Positions 1 to 7,642 of a stretch of DNA of 20,285 nt are shown in pieces. Origin of the DNA: an uncultured Oligoflexus sp. GTDB lineage: Bacteria > Bdellovibrionota_B > Oligoflexia > Oligoflexales > Oligoflexaceae. The stretch lies in the NCBI GenBank assembly GCA_964236955.1, contig CAXSGP010000087.1:1-20285 (forward strand), given 5' to 3'. The notes beneath the pieces are model-generated. The model was given only the letters and a program-made list of their open reading frames with translations, did not search any database and was not told where the DNA came from. Every line of letters begins with the position of its first letter. The stretch's first letter is position 1. The position numbers and the translations under genes were made by a program.

Positions 1-333
1 CCCATAATAGTAAGTCGATAGGCTGAGCACGCCGACGATCCCACGCACCCAGAGCCAAATGGATTCTTTGGGACTAAGCGGAGGACCACGCTCGCGGTAC
101 AGACTGTAGAGACACCAAGCCGACAGTGCCAGGGACCGATAAAACATGGGTTCCCAGGCCGTCAGGCGAAAAGCCTTGCCACTCACCAAAATTTCTACAT
201 GTTCAGTGACACGCAGCAAAAGGATATTGCTACTGAATAATAATTGGGCGAACACCATAAAAAAAAAGGCCTTTAAAGGGCGGTCCTCACGGCTGGATTG
301 ATCCGAAATTGTCGACTCCTCATTGGCCTGCAA
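1..333 (-). CDS. DMT/EamA family transporter, 5' part (runs off the left edge)
   Basis: Not in the ORF track; translated by hand. The open minus frame reads ...KAFFFMVFAQLLFSSNILLLR...EPMFYRSLAL...LWVRGIVGVLSLSTYYYG, with hydrophobic helices and the 'F(Y)RS' and 'RG.vG..s...yyy' patterns typical of EamA. Start uncertain (TTG 351, TTG 333 or ATG 258); upstream in-frame TGA at 355-357. Confidence 0.8.
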   Translation of the reverse strand, partial: MQANEESTISDQSSREDRPLKAFFFMVFAQLLFSSNILLLRVTEHVEILVSGKAFRLTAWEPMFYRSLALSAWCLYSLYRERGPPLSPKESIWLWVRGIVGVLSLSTYYYG

Positions 334-599
334 TGGCCGCGCCTTACGCAATGTTCAATAATAGGAGAACAAGAAAATACTTTTGAGCCTTAAGGGCCTC
401 TCGGCAACCGAGACCGCCATCGACAGGTCATGGGCGAGCCAGCCGCTGCGTGAAGGAAATGCCCAAAGTCTCATGAAGCTCTTCTTAAGGGCCGCTGATT
501 TTGAGGATATTTTTGCAAAATACTTTTTTACCTTTTTTCCAAAAAAGTTCGCCATTTTTCACAAATGTGAATCTTTCCTAGCTTAGAATCGCTCAGATT

Positions 600-628
600 A
601 AAAAAGCCCCTTCACAGCGCGAAGAGGC
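600..628 (-). terminator. Intrinsic terminator on the minus strand with no ORF directly upstream
   Basis: Minus strand reads GCCUCUUCGC-GCU-GUGAAGGGGC-UUUUUU: a 10-bp stem (2 G-U) followed by U6. Confidence 0.75.
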
Positions 629-770
629 CAAAGGCGTAAACCAGATTCATTTCTTTAATGAGCAAACAAGAAAAAAAGGCGATTCCGAGTTGAGTTGCTG
701 ACCGAAGGCTCAGCTCATGGCCCGTGAATAATCTTCCTACATTTGCCGAGATATTACGACAGTGAATTTC
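600..770 (-). ncRNA. Candidate small RNA or structured leader (long imperfect hairpin plus terminator)
   Basis: Orphan terminator at 600-628. Nested minus-strand pairings centred on CUUCGG (707-702): CUGA/UCAG, UGAG/CUCA, CGGG/CUCG, AUUC/GAAU, GGCAAAU/GUUUGCU, UAAU/AUUA, AUUCA/UGAAU. The 5' end is not defined. Confidence 0.4.
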
Positions 771-853
771 GAAAGTACCGACTGCAAAAAATTCGTTGGG
801 TTTAAGGTCACTGTAAAGACTTCATCAATGGCAGTGGCTTCCCCTTCCAGAGG

Positions 854-885
854 GCGTTTGCCCGGCGCGTTTGCCCGGCGCGTTT
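854..885. repeat. 13-bp tandem repeat, about 2.5 copies
   Basis: GCGTTTGCCCGGC at 854-866 and 867-879, then GCGTTT at 880-885. Confidence 0.9.
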
Positions 886-1143
886 TTCCATGCACCGATT
901 GAAGAAGTCCCTAATTTTCTGCACAAGTTCTGGAAAAAAATTTTTATTACCAACAAAATTTCGCTTGCAGCGCTGGCACGTTATTCAATGAAATTCGAGA
1001 ATTAAACCAGATCACTTGCAGTTTAACCCCGTATAAAGGTGCAGCTGCGAATCATTTTTAGAGGGCTCTCCGCAATATCCTCCGCCTTTGCCAATCCTCC
1101 TAATGCCAAAACCTTTTTCATCATATGTTTCAGAGGATTTCCC

Positions 1144-1488
1144 ATGCTTCTTTGTGAACTTGCAGTCAATCGCATCCTGATCGAAGCCGAGACTTCAGCC
1201 GGCTCCCTCCGCCAACTCTACCAGCTCTATAAAAGTGAACATAAAAAAGCTTCAATATCATTTCTCTGCCGCCGCTGCGGAATTCCATCCAAAGGCTATT
1301 TGGCCTTCGTCATGAGCGGTAAGCGCCGCCTCAATAGTAAATACTGGAGTCCGATGTGTGAGGTCTTCAAACTCAATTACCAACAGGCTGAGCTTATGCG
1401 CCTTATATTCGAAGCCGATGCCGAACCTGAAAAACGTGAGACTTACGTGCGGATTATGCAGGATCTCAAAGCCAAACTCCCTTGCTGA
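1144..1488 (+). CDS. Short HTH protein resembling the N-terminal domain of the TIGR02147 family (114 aa)
   Basis: ATG 1144 preceded by AGAGGA (1132-1137). The segment LRQLYQLYK..KKASISFLCRRCGIPSKGYLAFVMSGKRRL...VFKLN..QAELM fits the TIGR02147 N-terminal HTH pattern as I recall it. No C-terminal DUF4423-like region. Confidence 0.7.
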   Translation: MLLCELAVNRILIEAETSAGSLRQLYQLYKSEHKKASISFLCRRCGIPSKGYLAFVMSGKRRLNSKYWSPMCEVFKLNYQQAELMRLIFEADAEPEKRETYVRIMQDLKAKLPC

Positions 1489-1609
1489 ACCGCCTTATTT
1501 TGGCTCGTCGCCCGGAGTCGGGGCGCCCTATTCCAGACCTCCGAAACGCATGGCGAGAGCATTAATATCAATGCAAGAGTCCGCTTTTATTAAATCTAAA
1601 CTTTTTAGT

Positions 1610-1637
1610 TAAGGTTTTCAAGCATTCGAGCCGATCC
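1610..1637 (+). promoter_or_regulatory. Putative sigma-28 (FliA) promoter
   Basis: TAAGGTTT-N12-GCCGATCC versus consensus TAAAGTTT-N11-GCCGATAA; about 30 nt upstream of ATG 1669. Confidence 0.45.
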
Positions 1638-1668
1638 CCTCTTTAGCCACAAGGCATAAGGAGTTTCT

Positions 1669-2691
1669 ATGAATGGCCCCGAAGAATTCAAACATCAGCA
1701 GCAGCTGGAGGAAAAGCCAGTCGTCGTAAAAGTCCCGCGCTCTCCTCGATTTGATTTAATCTGGGGAATAATACTGGGCGCCGTGGCCATGGGAATTTTA
1801 TTGCCGGCCATAGCCAAACACAACGCGAGAAAATCCAAAACCCATCACGCTCTTTCCGCCAAAAGCCTTGACGATACCAATCCTGATTCTGGGGAGGCCC
1901 CCTCAGAAAATCTACCGGCTGCCGGGGGGGTTAAATCGGAGCCAGCTAAAAAAGTCCACGGAGCTCCTAAAGCTTTAGCTACCGTTAAAACAGCCCCTAA
2001 AACTCCCTCTCTGCCTCTGCCCATTCCGACGCCGCCTGCGATAAAGGCGGTAGCTTCGATTGCCGTCGAAAAAAAAGAAACGCTTACAAAACCTGAGCCT
2101 GTCGTAAAAGTCGCTACCCCGCCCAAAGCAATTGCTCAGGCACAAGAAAAAGAAAAAGAAAAAGAAAAAAAGGAAGTGCTATCGAAAACGGAAACTCCCG
2201 TGAGAGCTGCTGCTCTGCCCAAAGTCAAAGACAACATGGCTGATCCTGGAATCATGCTCACCGCTAATGATATTGCCGCAAAAACGGACGAGGCTTTACT
2301 TGCTAACCTCGTCAATGATAACGCCCAGAACAAAGCGCCCTATATCACGATCTACAATAGTAAGTATCAAAAAGACACACTTGCCAATTGCAAGCTGCGA
2401 TGCCTGCTGGTGACCAAAGATGAAAAGGGCGTAACCACCAATGCCGTGATCAGCGGTCCAAACTTTGCCGACATTTTGAAAGAATTTCAGGGAACTATCA
2501 ACCTGACAGGCAAAAAAACCACGTTCAAAAGTCACGAAGTCTTTATGGTACAAAACATCACCTTTAACACACCCGCACCAAAGAAGCCCGCCCTGGGAGC
2601 AAAGTCCGCTCCTCTTAAAGTCTACAAGGGCGACCGAACGCCAGCGACCGAAGGCTATGAAGACCTTGGCTCGGACCTCAATCCCCGATAA
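1669..2691 (+). CDS. Hypothetical single-pass membrane protein with a long Pro/Lys/Ala-rich linker and a C-terminal globular domain
   Basis: 340-aa ORF with strong RBS TAAGGAG. TM segment LIWGIILGAVAMGILLPAIA, low-complexity linker containing an EKEKEKEKK run, and a beta-rich C-terminal domain with CKLRC. Confidence 0.85.
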   Translation: MNGPEEFKHQQQLEEKPVVVKVPRSPRFDLIWGIILGAVAMGILLPAIAKHNARKSKTHHALSAKSLDDTNPDSGEAPSENLPAAGGVKSEPAKKVHGAPKALATVKTAPKTPSLPLPIPTPPAIKAVASIAVEKKETLTKPEPVVKVATPPKAIAQAQEKEKEKEKKEVLSKTETPVRAAALPKVKDNMADPGIMLTANDIAAKTDEALLANLVNDNAQNKAPYITIYNSKYQKDTLANCKLRCLLVTKDEKGVTTNAVISGPNFADILKEFQGTINLTGKKTTFKSHEVFMVQNITFNTPAPKKPALGAKSAPLKVYKGDRTPATEGYEDLGSDLNPR

Positions 2692-2849
2692 CATGTCATT
2701 AAGTCATACAAGATAGGTTAACGATCTATCCGTATTTATTTTGGCAAAACAGGCAGCCCAGCCATGGTAAAGCCCCTGCAAAAAAGCCTTTAAATAGGCT
2801 ATTTGCACGAAATTTCTAGGTAAAAATTTGCAGATAGACTGGCCTTTGC

Positions 2850-2872
2850 TGGCAAATCCCAGGAATTTGCCA
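2850..2872. promoter_or_regulatory. Palindromic operator-like site
   Basis: TGGCAAAT-N7-ATTTGCCA, a perfect 8-bp inverted repeat ending 43 nt before the probable start of the HTH regulator. Confidence 0.5.
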
Positions 2873-2915
2873 TATGGTGGACCGAATTCTAGAGATTCGG
2901 ACTGGGGATCGCTTT

Positions 2916-3629
2916 ATGCTCAAGGATTTGAAACATTTGGTAGACGACTGGCTCAAGGAAAGAGGCACCCGAAACCTATCGCTTCTGTCGAGGCAGTCAG
3001 GCGTACCCTACCCCACCCTGAGACGGGTTTATCAGCAGGAAAACAGTCCTTCCCTTGAAACCGTATTGTCTCTCTTAAGTGTGGTGGCACCGGGCGATAA
3101 CGCCTTAAGCTTCCTCAATAAACACTTTAGCTCGGTTGGCAGCTGGGTGAGCAAGCTTGTCAAGTCTCTCGATACCCAGTTTCCCAGCGCCGACATTCAT
3201 GAAGAGCTGAGGGACCGTATCAGCTTTGCCATCATCACCTTGGCCAGTGCCCAGGGGACCACCCGTCTCCTCATCGAGAAAAAATATGGGGAATACGGAC
3301 TAGCCAAACTTAGCCAACTCCTTGAAATGGACGCTATCTACGAAAAGGACGATAGACTTTACTTTCGTTACGAAAACTTTTCAGTTCTGGATGCGCGCTT
3401 GATACTCGAACAAATCAAACATACAGTCGAACTATTCGATGTCAAACAAATCGGTGATCCAGCGGTTTGCGCTCAACTTCATACCGACGGACTAAGCGAT
3501 CTAGGCGTAACTTTGCTTGCTAGGAAACTGGCTGAATTCGAGGAGGACCTGCAAAGAATTTTCTCGCGGGAGCGCGGGAGCAACGTTGTCATGCTCAGTT
3601 ATATCTCTAGCTTTTTACATAAAGAATGA
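2916..3629 (+). CDS. XRE-type HTH transcriptional regulator, distantly TIGR02147/DUF4423-like
   Basis: N-terminal NLSLLSRQSGVPYPTLRRVYQQENSPSLETV is an XRE HTH, followed by a central winged-helix-like segment. ATG 2916 has GGGGA at 2904-2908; the ORF track start at 2874 is the alternative. Confidence 0.8.
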   Translation: MLKDLKHLVDDWLKERGTRNLSLLSRQSGVPYPTLRRVYQQENSPSLETVLSLLSVVAPGDNALSFLNKHFSSVGSWVSKLVKSLDTQFPSADIHEELRDRISFAIITLASAQGTTRLLIEKKYGEYGLAKLSQLLEMDAIYEKDDRLYFRYENFSVLDARLILEQIKHTVELFDVKQIGDPAVCAQLHTDGLSDLGVTLLARKLAEFEEDLQRIFSRERGSNVVMLSYISSFLHKE

Positions 3630-3633
3630 AACT

Positions 3634-3891
3634 ATGAAGAAACTTTTAGCGATACTCCTCCTCGTATGTCCAGGTTTTGCCCTGGCTGGCCAACATTCGG
3701 GCGTGGGCGGAGGCAATCCCGTGGCGCCACTCGACCCGCTCGATCCCCTCGATCCAAAAGTTGATCCCCAAGCTACGAGCTTTCTCGGCACCTGGATCAA
3801 AATACAGTTCGACGCCATCTGGCAGGCGCCCGTGCAAAAACCCCAGGAAAGCCAAAAGCCCAATGACGATTCTGATACTGCCGAAAAATAA
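3634..3891 (+). CDS. Small secreted protein (85 aa)
   Basis: Sec signal MKKLLAILLLVCPGFALA followed by GQHSGVGGGN and PLDPLDPLDPKVDP. Starts 4 nt after the regulator stop and is followed by a terminator. Confidence 0.75.
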   Translation: MKKLLAILLLVCPGFALAGQHSGVGGGNPVAPLDPLDPLDPKVDPQATSFLGTWIKIQFDAIWQAPVQKPQESQKPNDDSDTAEK

Positions 3892-3899
3892 GTTTCGCT

Positions 3900-3930
3900 A
3901 AAAAAAAAGAGGCCTCCCGTGCCTCTTCTT
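3900..3930. terminator. Bidirectional intrinsic terminator between convergent genes
   Basis: A9-GAGGC-CTCCCGT-GCCTC-TTCTT, lying between stops at 3891 (+) and 3985 (-). Confidence 0.75.
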
Positions 3931-3984
3931 CCCTTATCTTTTCTCCTTTTCCTTCGCCCTGTATATCAGGCCAATGCCCTAGCC

Positions 3985-6900
3985 TTAAAGCCTGGCATCT
4001 TTACCCACCTCCCCTCGGTAACGACTCAGATTTGCATAAAGATCGGGCTTATCTTTCTGGAGAGCGACGATAGCTTTGTCATGAAACAAGTCTGCGCTAG
4101 CTTTTGCATAATTTCTATCCAGAAACGCCGCCTGTATCAGTTTAAGCTCAGCCCATTTCAAGGTGACGAGCGCTGTAAATTCCTTTTGGTCTGCAAACTC
4201 CTTGTCAAGTTTTGCTACCAGGGCATGCCCCTTCTCCGCTGAAGCTGGCATTTCAGATCGCATAATCCAGGCATTTTTTAGGCAGTTGATAACCGTATTA
4301 TTGAGGTAACCAAAAGCCTCGCCATGAACCACAGCTTCATCAAACGAACGGTTGAGACTCGCCACTGCTTTATCCTTATGCCCCTGTTTCAGTTCCAGCG
4401 AAGCGAGATCCTGCCATTCCTTGATCTTTTGGTCACTCAATACTTCAGGCTCAAAGTGCAGCTTTTTAGCATGAGCTATAAGCTTTGGATAAAGGGTGAG
4501 ACGTTCCTCCAGTGCCTTCACCCGAACCGGAATATCGGAACCCGTACTTTGAGCGATCAGACCCTGAGCGATAAAACGAATTTTGAGCGGCTGAAATTTA
4601 AGTGCCGCCGCATCTGCATCCAAAACGTCTGCTGAAGCTGGTATCGCGGTTAGGAGTGGCTGAAGTATACTCGCCCCTTCCTTCGCCTTATTTTCAGAAA
4701 GGACTGTGTGAGCATAGCCCAGCCGCACGGCAGGAGACAGCGCCTCCGGGGGAAGCTGTTTAAAGAGTTTTTCGGCTTCCGAAAATTCACCGGCATTCCA
4801 GGCGTAAAAGGCAGCTTTTTCCCGAAATGCGGCAAGGATCTCTGGCGCCGGCTGGGGCCTTAGGGCAAGAATCTGTTTCATAGTCTGAAAGGCATCCCCA
4901 CTGCGATAGCTCAGATACATAGCTTTGGCCTTTAACCACAAAACTGCGATCTGTTCATCCTGGGAGAAATAGGCGATGCTGGCCCTCTGGGAGAGGAACT
5001 CCGAAGCGAGAGTATAATTGCGGATCTGCAGATGGAGAACGCCAAGATTTTGCAATGCCGACGCTTGAATCCTATCGTTTTCTAAGGCACCGTCAATGGC
5101 GAAGAGATAGGCTTTATGGGCCTTATCAGCAAGATTTGAATCGTATTTGAACCCTTTAATCGACGCCTCAAGCTGCTTATGATAGAGATAACCTAGGTAC
5201 AGATACTTCACCCCTATACCGAGATGCGAATCATCCACGCCTTCTATATTTTTAGCCGCCGCCGCGTAATCAGCCTCTTCCAAGGGCTTGGCAGGCTTCA
5301 GTATCTTGCGAAGGCTTTCAATGAACGTGCGGCTCTCAGGCCGGATCATGCCCTGGGAGATCATGGTGTCGTAATTTTTTGTGAGGGCCGGCCAGGCATC
5401 AAAGTTAAGTAGGGCGTGCTGAAAATGAGATTCCAGATCATCGCTGATACGGATTGAGTCAAAAAAAGCGCCGATAGCCAGTATGTGTTCCGGCCCCTTG
5501 GTATTATAGAACTGATAGGCGAGATCCAAACTGTTCTGACGCGTGGCTTCAACCGCGTAGGGATACTCTTTACTATCGCGCTTGAGATAACTTAACCACA
5601 GGCTCAGGATGTCCGCCATGTCCCGACTGCGCTTGTTCTGGTAAAGCACGACGATCGTGCGGTTAAAGAGCAAACGCGTGGCAAAATAATCGCCTTTTAG
5701 TCTTTTAACCCTTTCGACAATCAGACGGTAATGGGTGAGGATATCTTTCGTCTCTTTGCTTTGAACGAGCCGGTAGAGATCCATTTCATTATCGAGCAGT
5801 TCGGTTTCCGGCGCCTTGACCTTAGGCTTCAGGCGGTTGACCTCCTGCCGGGGATCACCAGCCGGCTGCTCGCCCAACCAGAGGGAGAGAAAGTAGAGGC
5901 GATTCTCCTCACTGCCCTCAACCTGTAATACTCGATCTTCAAGAAAGCTTTTATAAGCCCCGTTGAGGCTTAAGCGCGCCAGCCGCGCCTGCAGATAAAG
6001 CCCTATATCGTCGCTAAATTGCAGCCTCTTTACTTTAGCCTGGGCCACATCCGATTGATTGGCAAAAAAATCAAAATAGGCATCTGCAAGCCCGACTGCC
6101 GGCGACTGGGGAAGCTGGGCCAAAAGCTGTCGTTGATTATGAATGTACTCAGCAAAGGCTCCCAGATTTTTCTTCTGCGGCAGAACCTCCCAACGGCTGT
6201 AGGCATCAAAAAGAAGGTGCCAGGCCTTTAGATCGGTTCGACCCGGTGCCTTAGAGACAAGCTTTTGCACATAATAGACCGCTGGTTGAAACTGCCCGGC
6301 AAAAACAAAGTTTTGCATCAAACGCTCTTCATACTCAAGATCGTTCAATTTAAAAAGCCGGGAATGCATATGGTTGAGAAACAGGATCCGATCCGAATAG
6401 GAACGGGCTACCCGATGCGCCTCCTCAAGATCCTCGAAGCCCCAGCTCGTTGGGACCGTTCCATTGAGTGGACCCCGATAGATATCGAGGGCACCTTCAA
6501 AGGCACAGGTCATATAGAGAAATTTTTTAGAGGGAAAGGGAAAGGAACAGTTCTGATCGAGCGAGGTTACCTGGATCGGTTTTACCTCCCCCGTACTGCC
6601 TATATCATAGCGATAGATCGCTGCGGTGTCGCGCCCGTCAATTACCAAATCTCGATTCGAATCAAGCATATACTGGGCAAAATAGAGATAACGGCCATCA
6701 GCGGAAAAACGCGAAGGCCCAGTCAGTCCAGGAAGGTCAACGGCTAGGGTCCGGGTCACTTTTCGGGAAGCGAGATCGTAGAGATCCAGTTCGTTTTGTC
6801 TGCCCTTAAAGACTAGAGTCCTGCCGTCTGGTGAGAGATCCGGAGCGTAAACCTCACCCTTATAGATCGTTTCGGTGCTTTTTTGCGCCAAAGAATAGAC

Positions 6901-7374
6901 CTGAAGCTCAGACAAACGCCCGCTGTCGTCTGACGAAATAAAGGCAAGCCTGTCCTGACCAAGCCAAACGGGGGAATGATCGACTATACCCTTTTTCGTT
7001 AAGCATTCGATCTCTTTTTGCCGCATTAGGCAAATGTCACCCTTTGCATCATTTTTAAAATAATTGAACGCCAGAACCTTGCCATCTGGACTAAGGGCAG
7101 GGGTCCTTGCATCGGCGTCCCGACTGGTGATCGTCTCGTTCAGGCCAGTTTTGAGGTCGAGACGGACGATTTGGGACGACAGATTTTCACTGCGGGTGTA
7201 ATAGAGAAAAGTCTCGGCCTCGTCGACAGTCGCTTGAAAATTATCGAATGGTCCCACGGTCATACGTTGCAGAGGCAGAAGAGATTGATCTCTGGCCTCG
7301 CCATAGGCTCCGTTGGCAAGTCCCAAGCCTATGAAAAGCGATAGGGCTGCGATTCCTTGTCGATTGACTATCAT
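3985..7374 (-). CDS. Secreted TolB-like (PD40) beta-propeller plus TPR/alpha-solenoid protein
   Basis: 1129 aa with a signal peptide. Repeats PALSPDGK, SPVW, PDLSPDGR, PSRFSADGR; a DSNRDLVIDGRD Ca-loop-like motif; a long helical region with TPR-like segments (ALQNLGVLHLQIRNYTLA, AFYAWNAGEFSEAEKLF). Confidence 0.85.
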   Translation of the reverse strand: MIVNRQGIAALSLFIGLGLANGAYGEARDQSLLPLQRMTVGPFDNFQATVDEAETFLYYTRSENLSSQIVRLDLKTGLNETITSRDADARTPALSPDGKVLAFNYFKNDAKGDICLMRQKEIECLTKKGIVDHSPVWLGQDRLAFISSDDSGRLSELQVYSLAQKSTETIYKGEVYAPDLSPDGRTLVFKGRQNELDLYDLASRKVTRTLAVDLPGLTGPSRFSADGRYLYFAQYMLDSNRDLVIDGRDTAAIYRYDIGSTGEVKPIQVTSLDQNCSFPFPSKKFLYMTCAFEGALDIYRGPLNGTVPTSWGFEDLEEAHRVARSYSDRILFLNHMHSRLFKLNDLEYEERLMQNFVFAGQFQPAVYYVQKLVSKAPGRTDLKAWHLLFDAYSRWEVLPQKKNLGAFAEYIHNQRQLLAQLPQSPAVGLADAYFDFFANQSDVAQAKVKRLQFSDDIGLYLQARLARLSLNGAYKSFLEDRVLQVEGSEENRLYFLSLWLGEQPAGDPRQEVNRLKPKVKAPETELLDNEMDLYRLVQSKETKDILTHYRLIVERVKRLKGDYFATRLLFNRTIVVLYQNKRSRDMADILSLWLSYLKRDSKEYPYAVEATRQNSLDLAYQFYNTKGPEHILAIGAFFDSIRISDDLESHFQHALLNFDAWPALTKNYDTMISQGMIRPESRTFIESLRKILKPAKPLEEADYAAAAKNIEGVDDSHLGIGVKYLYLGYLYHKQLEASIKGFKYDSNLADKAHKAYLFAIDGALENDRIQASALQNLGVLHLQIRNYTLASEFLSQRASIAYFSQDEQIAVLWLKAKAMYLSYRSGDAFQTMKQILALRPQPAPEILAAFREKAAFYAWNAGEFSEAEKLFKQLPPEALSPAVRLGYAHTVLSENKAKEGASILQPLLTAIPASADVLDADAAALKFQPLKIRFIAQGLIAQSTGSDIPVRVKALEERLTLYPKLIAHAKKLHFEPEVLSDQKIKEWQDLASLELKQGHKDKAVASLNRSFDEAVVHGEAFGYLNNTVINCLKNAWIMRSEMPASAEKGHALVAKLDKEFADQKEFTALVTLKWAELKLIQAAFLDRNYAKASADLFHDKAIVALQKDKPDLYANLSRYRGEVGKDARL

Positions 7375-7387
7375 ACCTTGCCTTTCC

Positions 7388-7642
7388 TCACTTTTTTACT
7401 TTGTCGTCGTGAGTCATAGAGAAAATCTGTCGTGATTCTATAGTAGCCCGGGTCTTTTCCAAGGCGCTTGGGCCTGGTTTAAGAGCGGCGTCCTTGTACT
7501 TCTGGTCAAGCTCGGGCCACTGGCCGCTGGCTTCCAGCTCGAGCACGGTTTGCCTGTCGATCAGGTAGATATCAGGAATGCACGCCGTCGTTGCCAAACT
7601 CATACCCAGCAAAAGCAGGGGTGGACTTAGAACTCGCATCAT
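7388..7642 (-). CDS. Small lipoprotein (84 aa), positionally YnbE-like
   Basis: Lipobox TTAC after a hydrophobic stretch; mature part CIPDIYLIDRQTVLELEASGQW. Start overlaps the upstream stop (ATGA at 7642-7639). Confidence 0.75.
   Translation of the reverse strand: MMRVLSPPLLLLGMSLATTACIPDIYLIDRQTVLELEASGQWPELDQKYKDAALKPGPSALEKTRATIESRQIFSMTHDDKVKK

Noticed and set aside
558..571. Palindrome TTCACA-AA-TGTGAA as a CRP/FNR site
   Set aside because: Half-site order and spacing do not fit TGTGA-N6-TCACA; single occurrence in AT-rich DNA.
355..586. 66-aa (-) and 67-aa (+) ORFs
   Set aside because: Mutually overlapping, no recognisable motifs, and they run through A/T tracts typical of promoter DNA.
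840..890. c-di-GMP-I riboswitch suggested by GGCAAAC on the minus strand, or a mini CRISPR array
   Set aside because: No GNRA-capped P2 or GACGCAAA/CUAA motifs; the 13-bp repeats are adjacent with no spacers, and no cas genes are present.
974..990. Sigma-54 -24 box TGGCACG
   Set aside because: The -12 TTGC element is absent (TCAA at that position).
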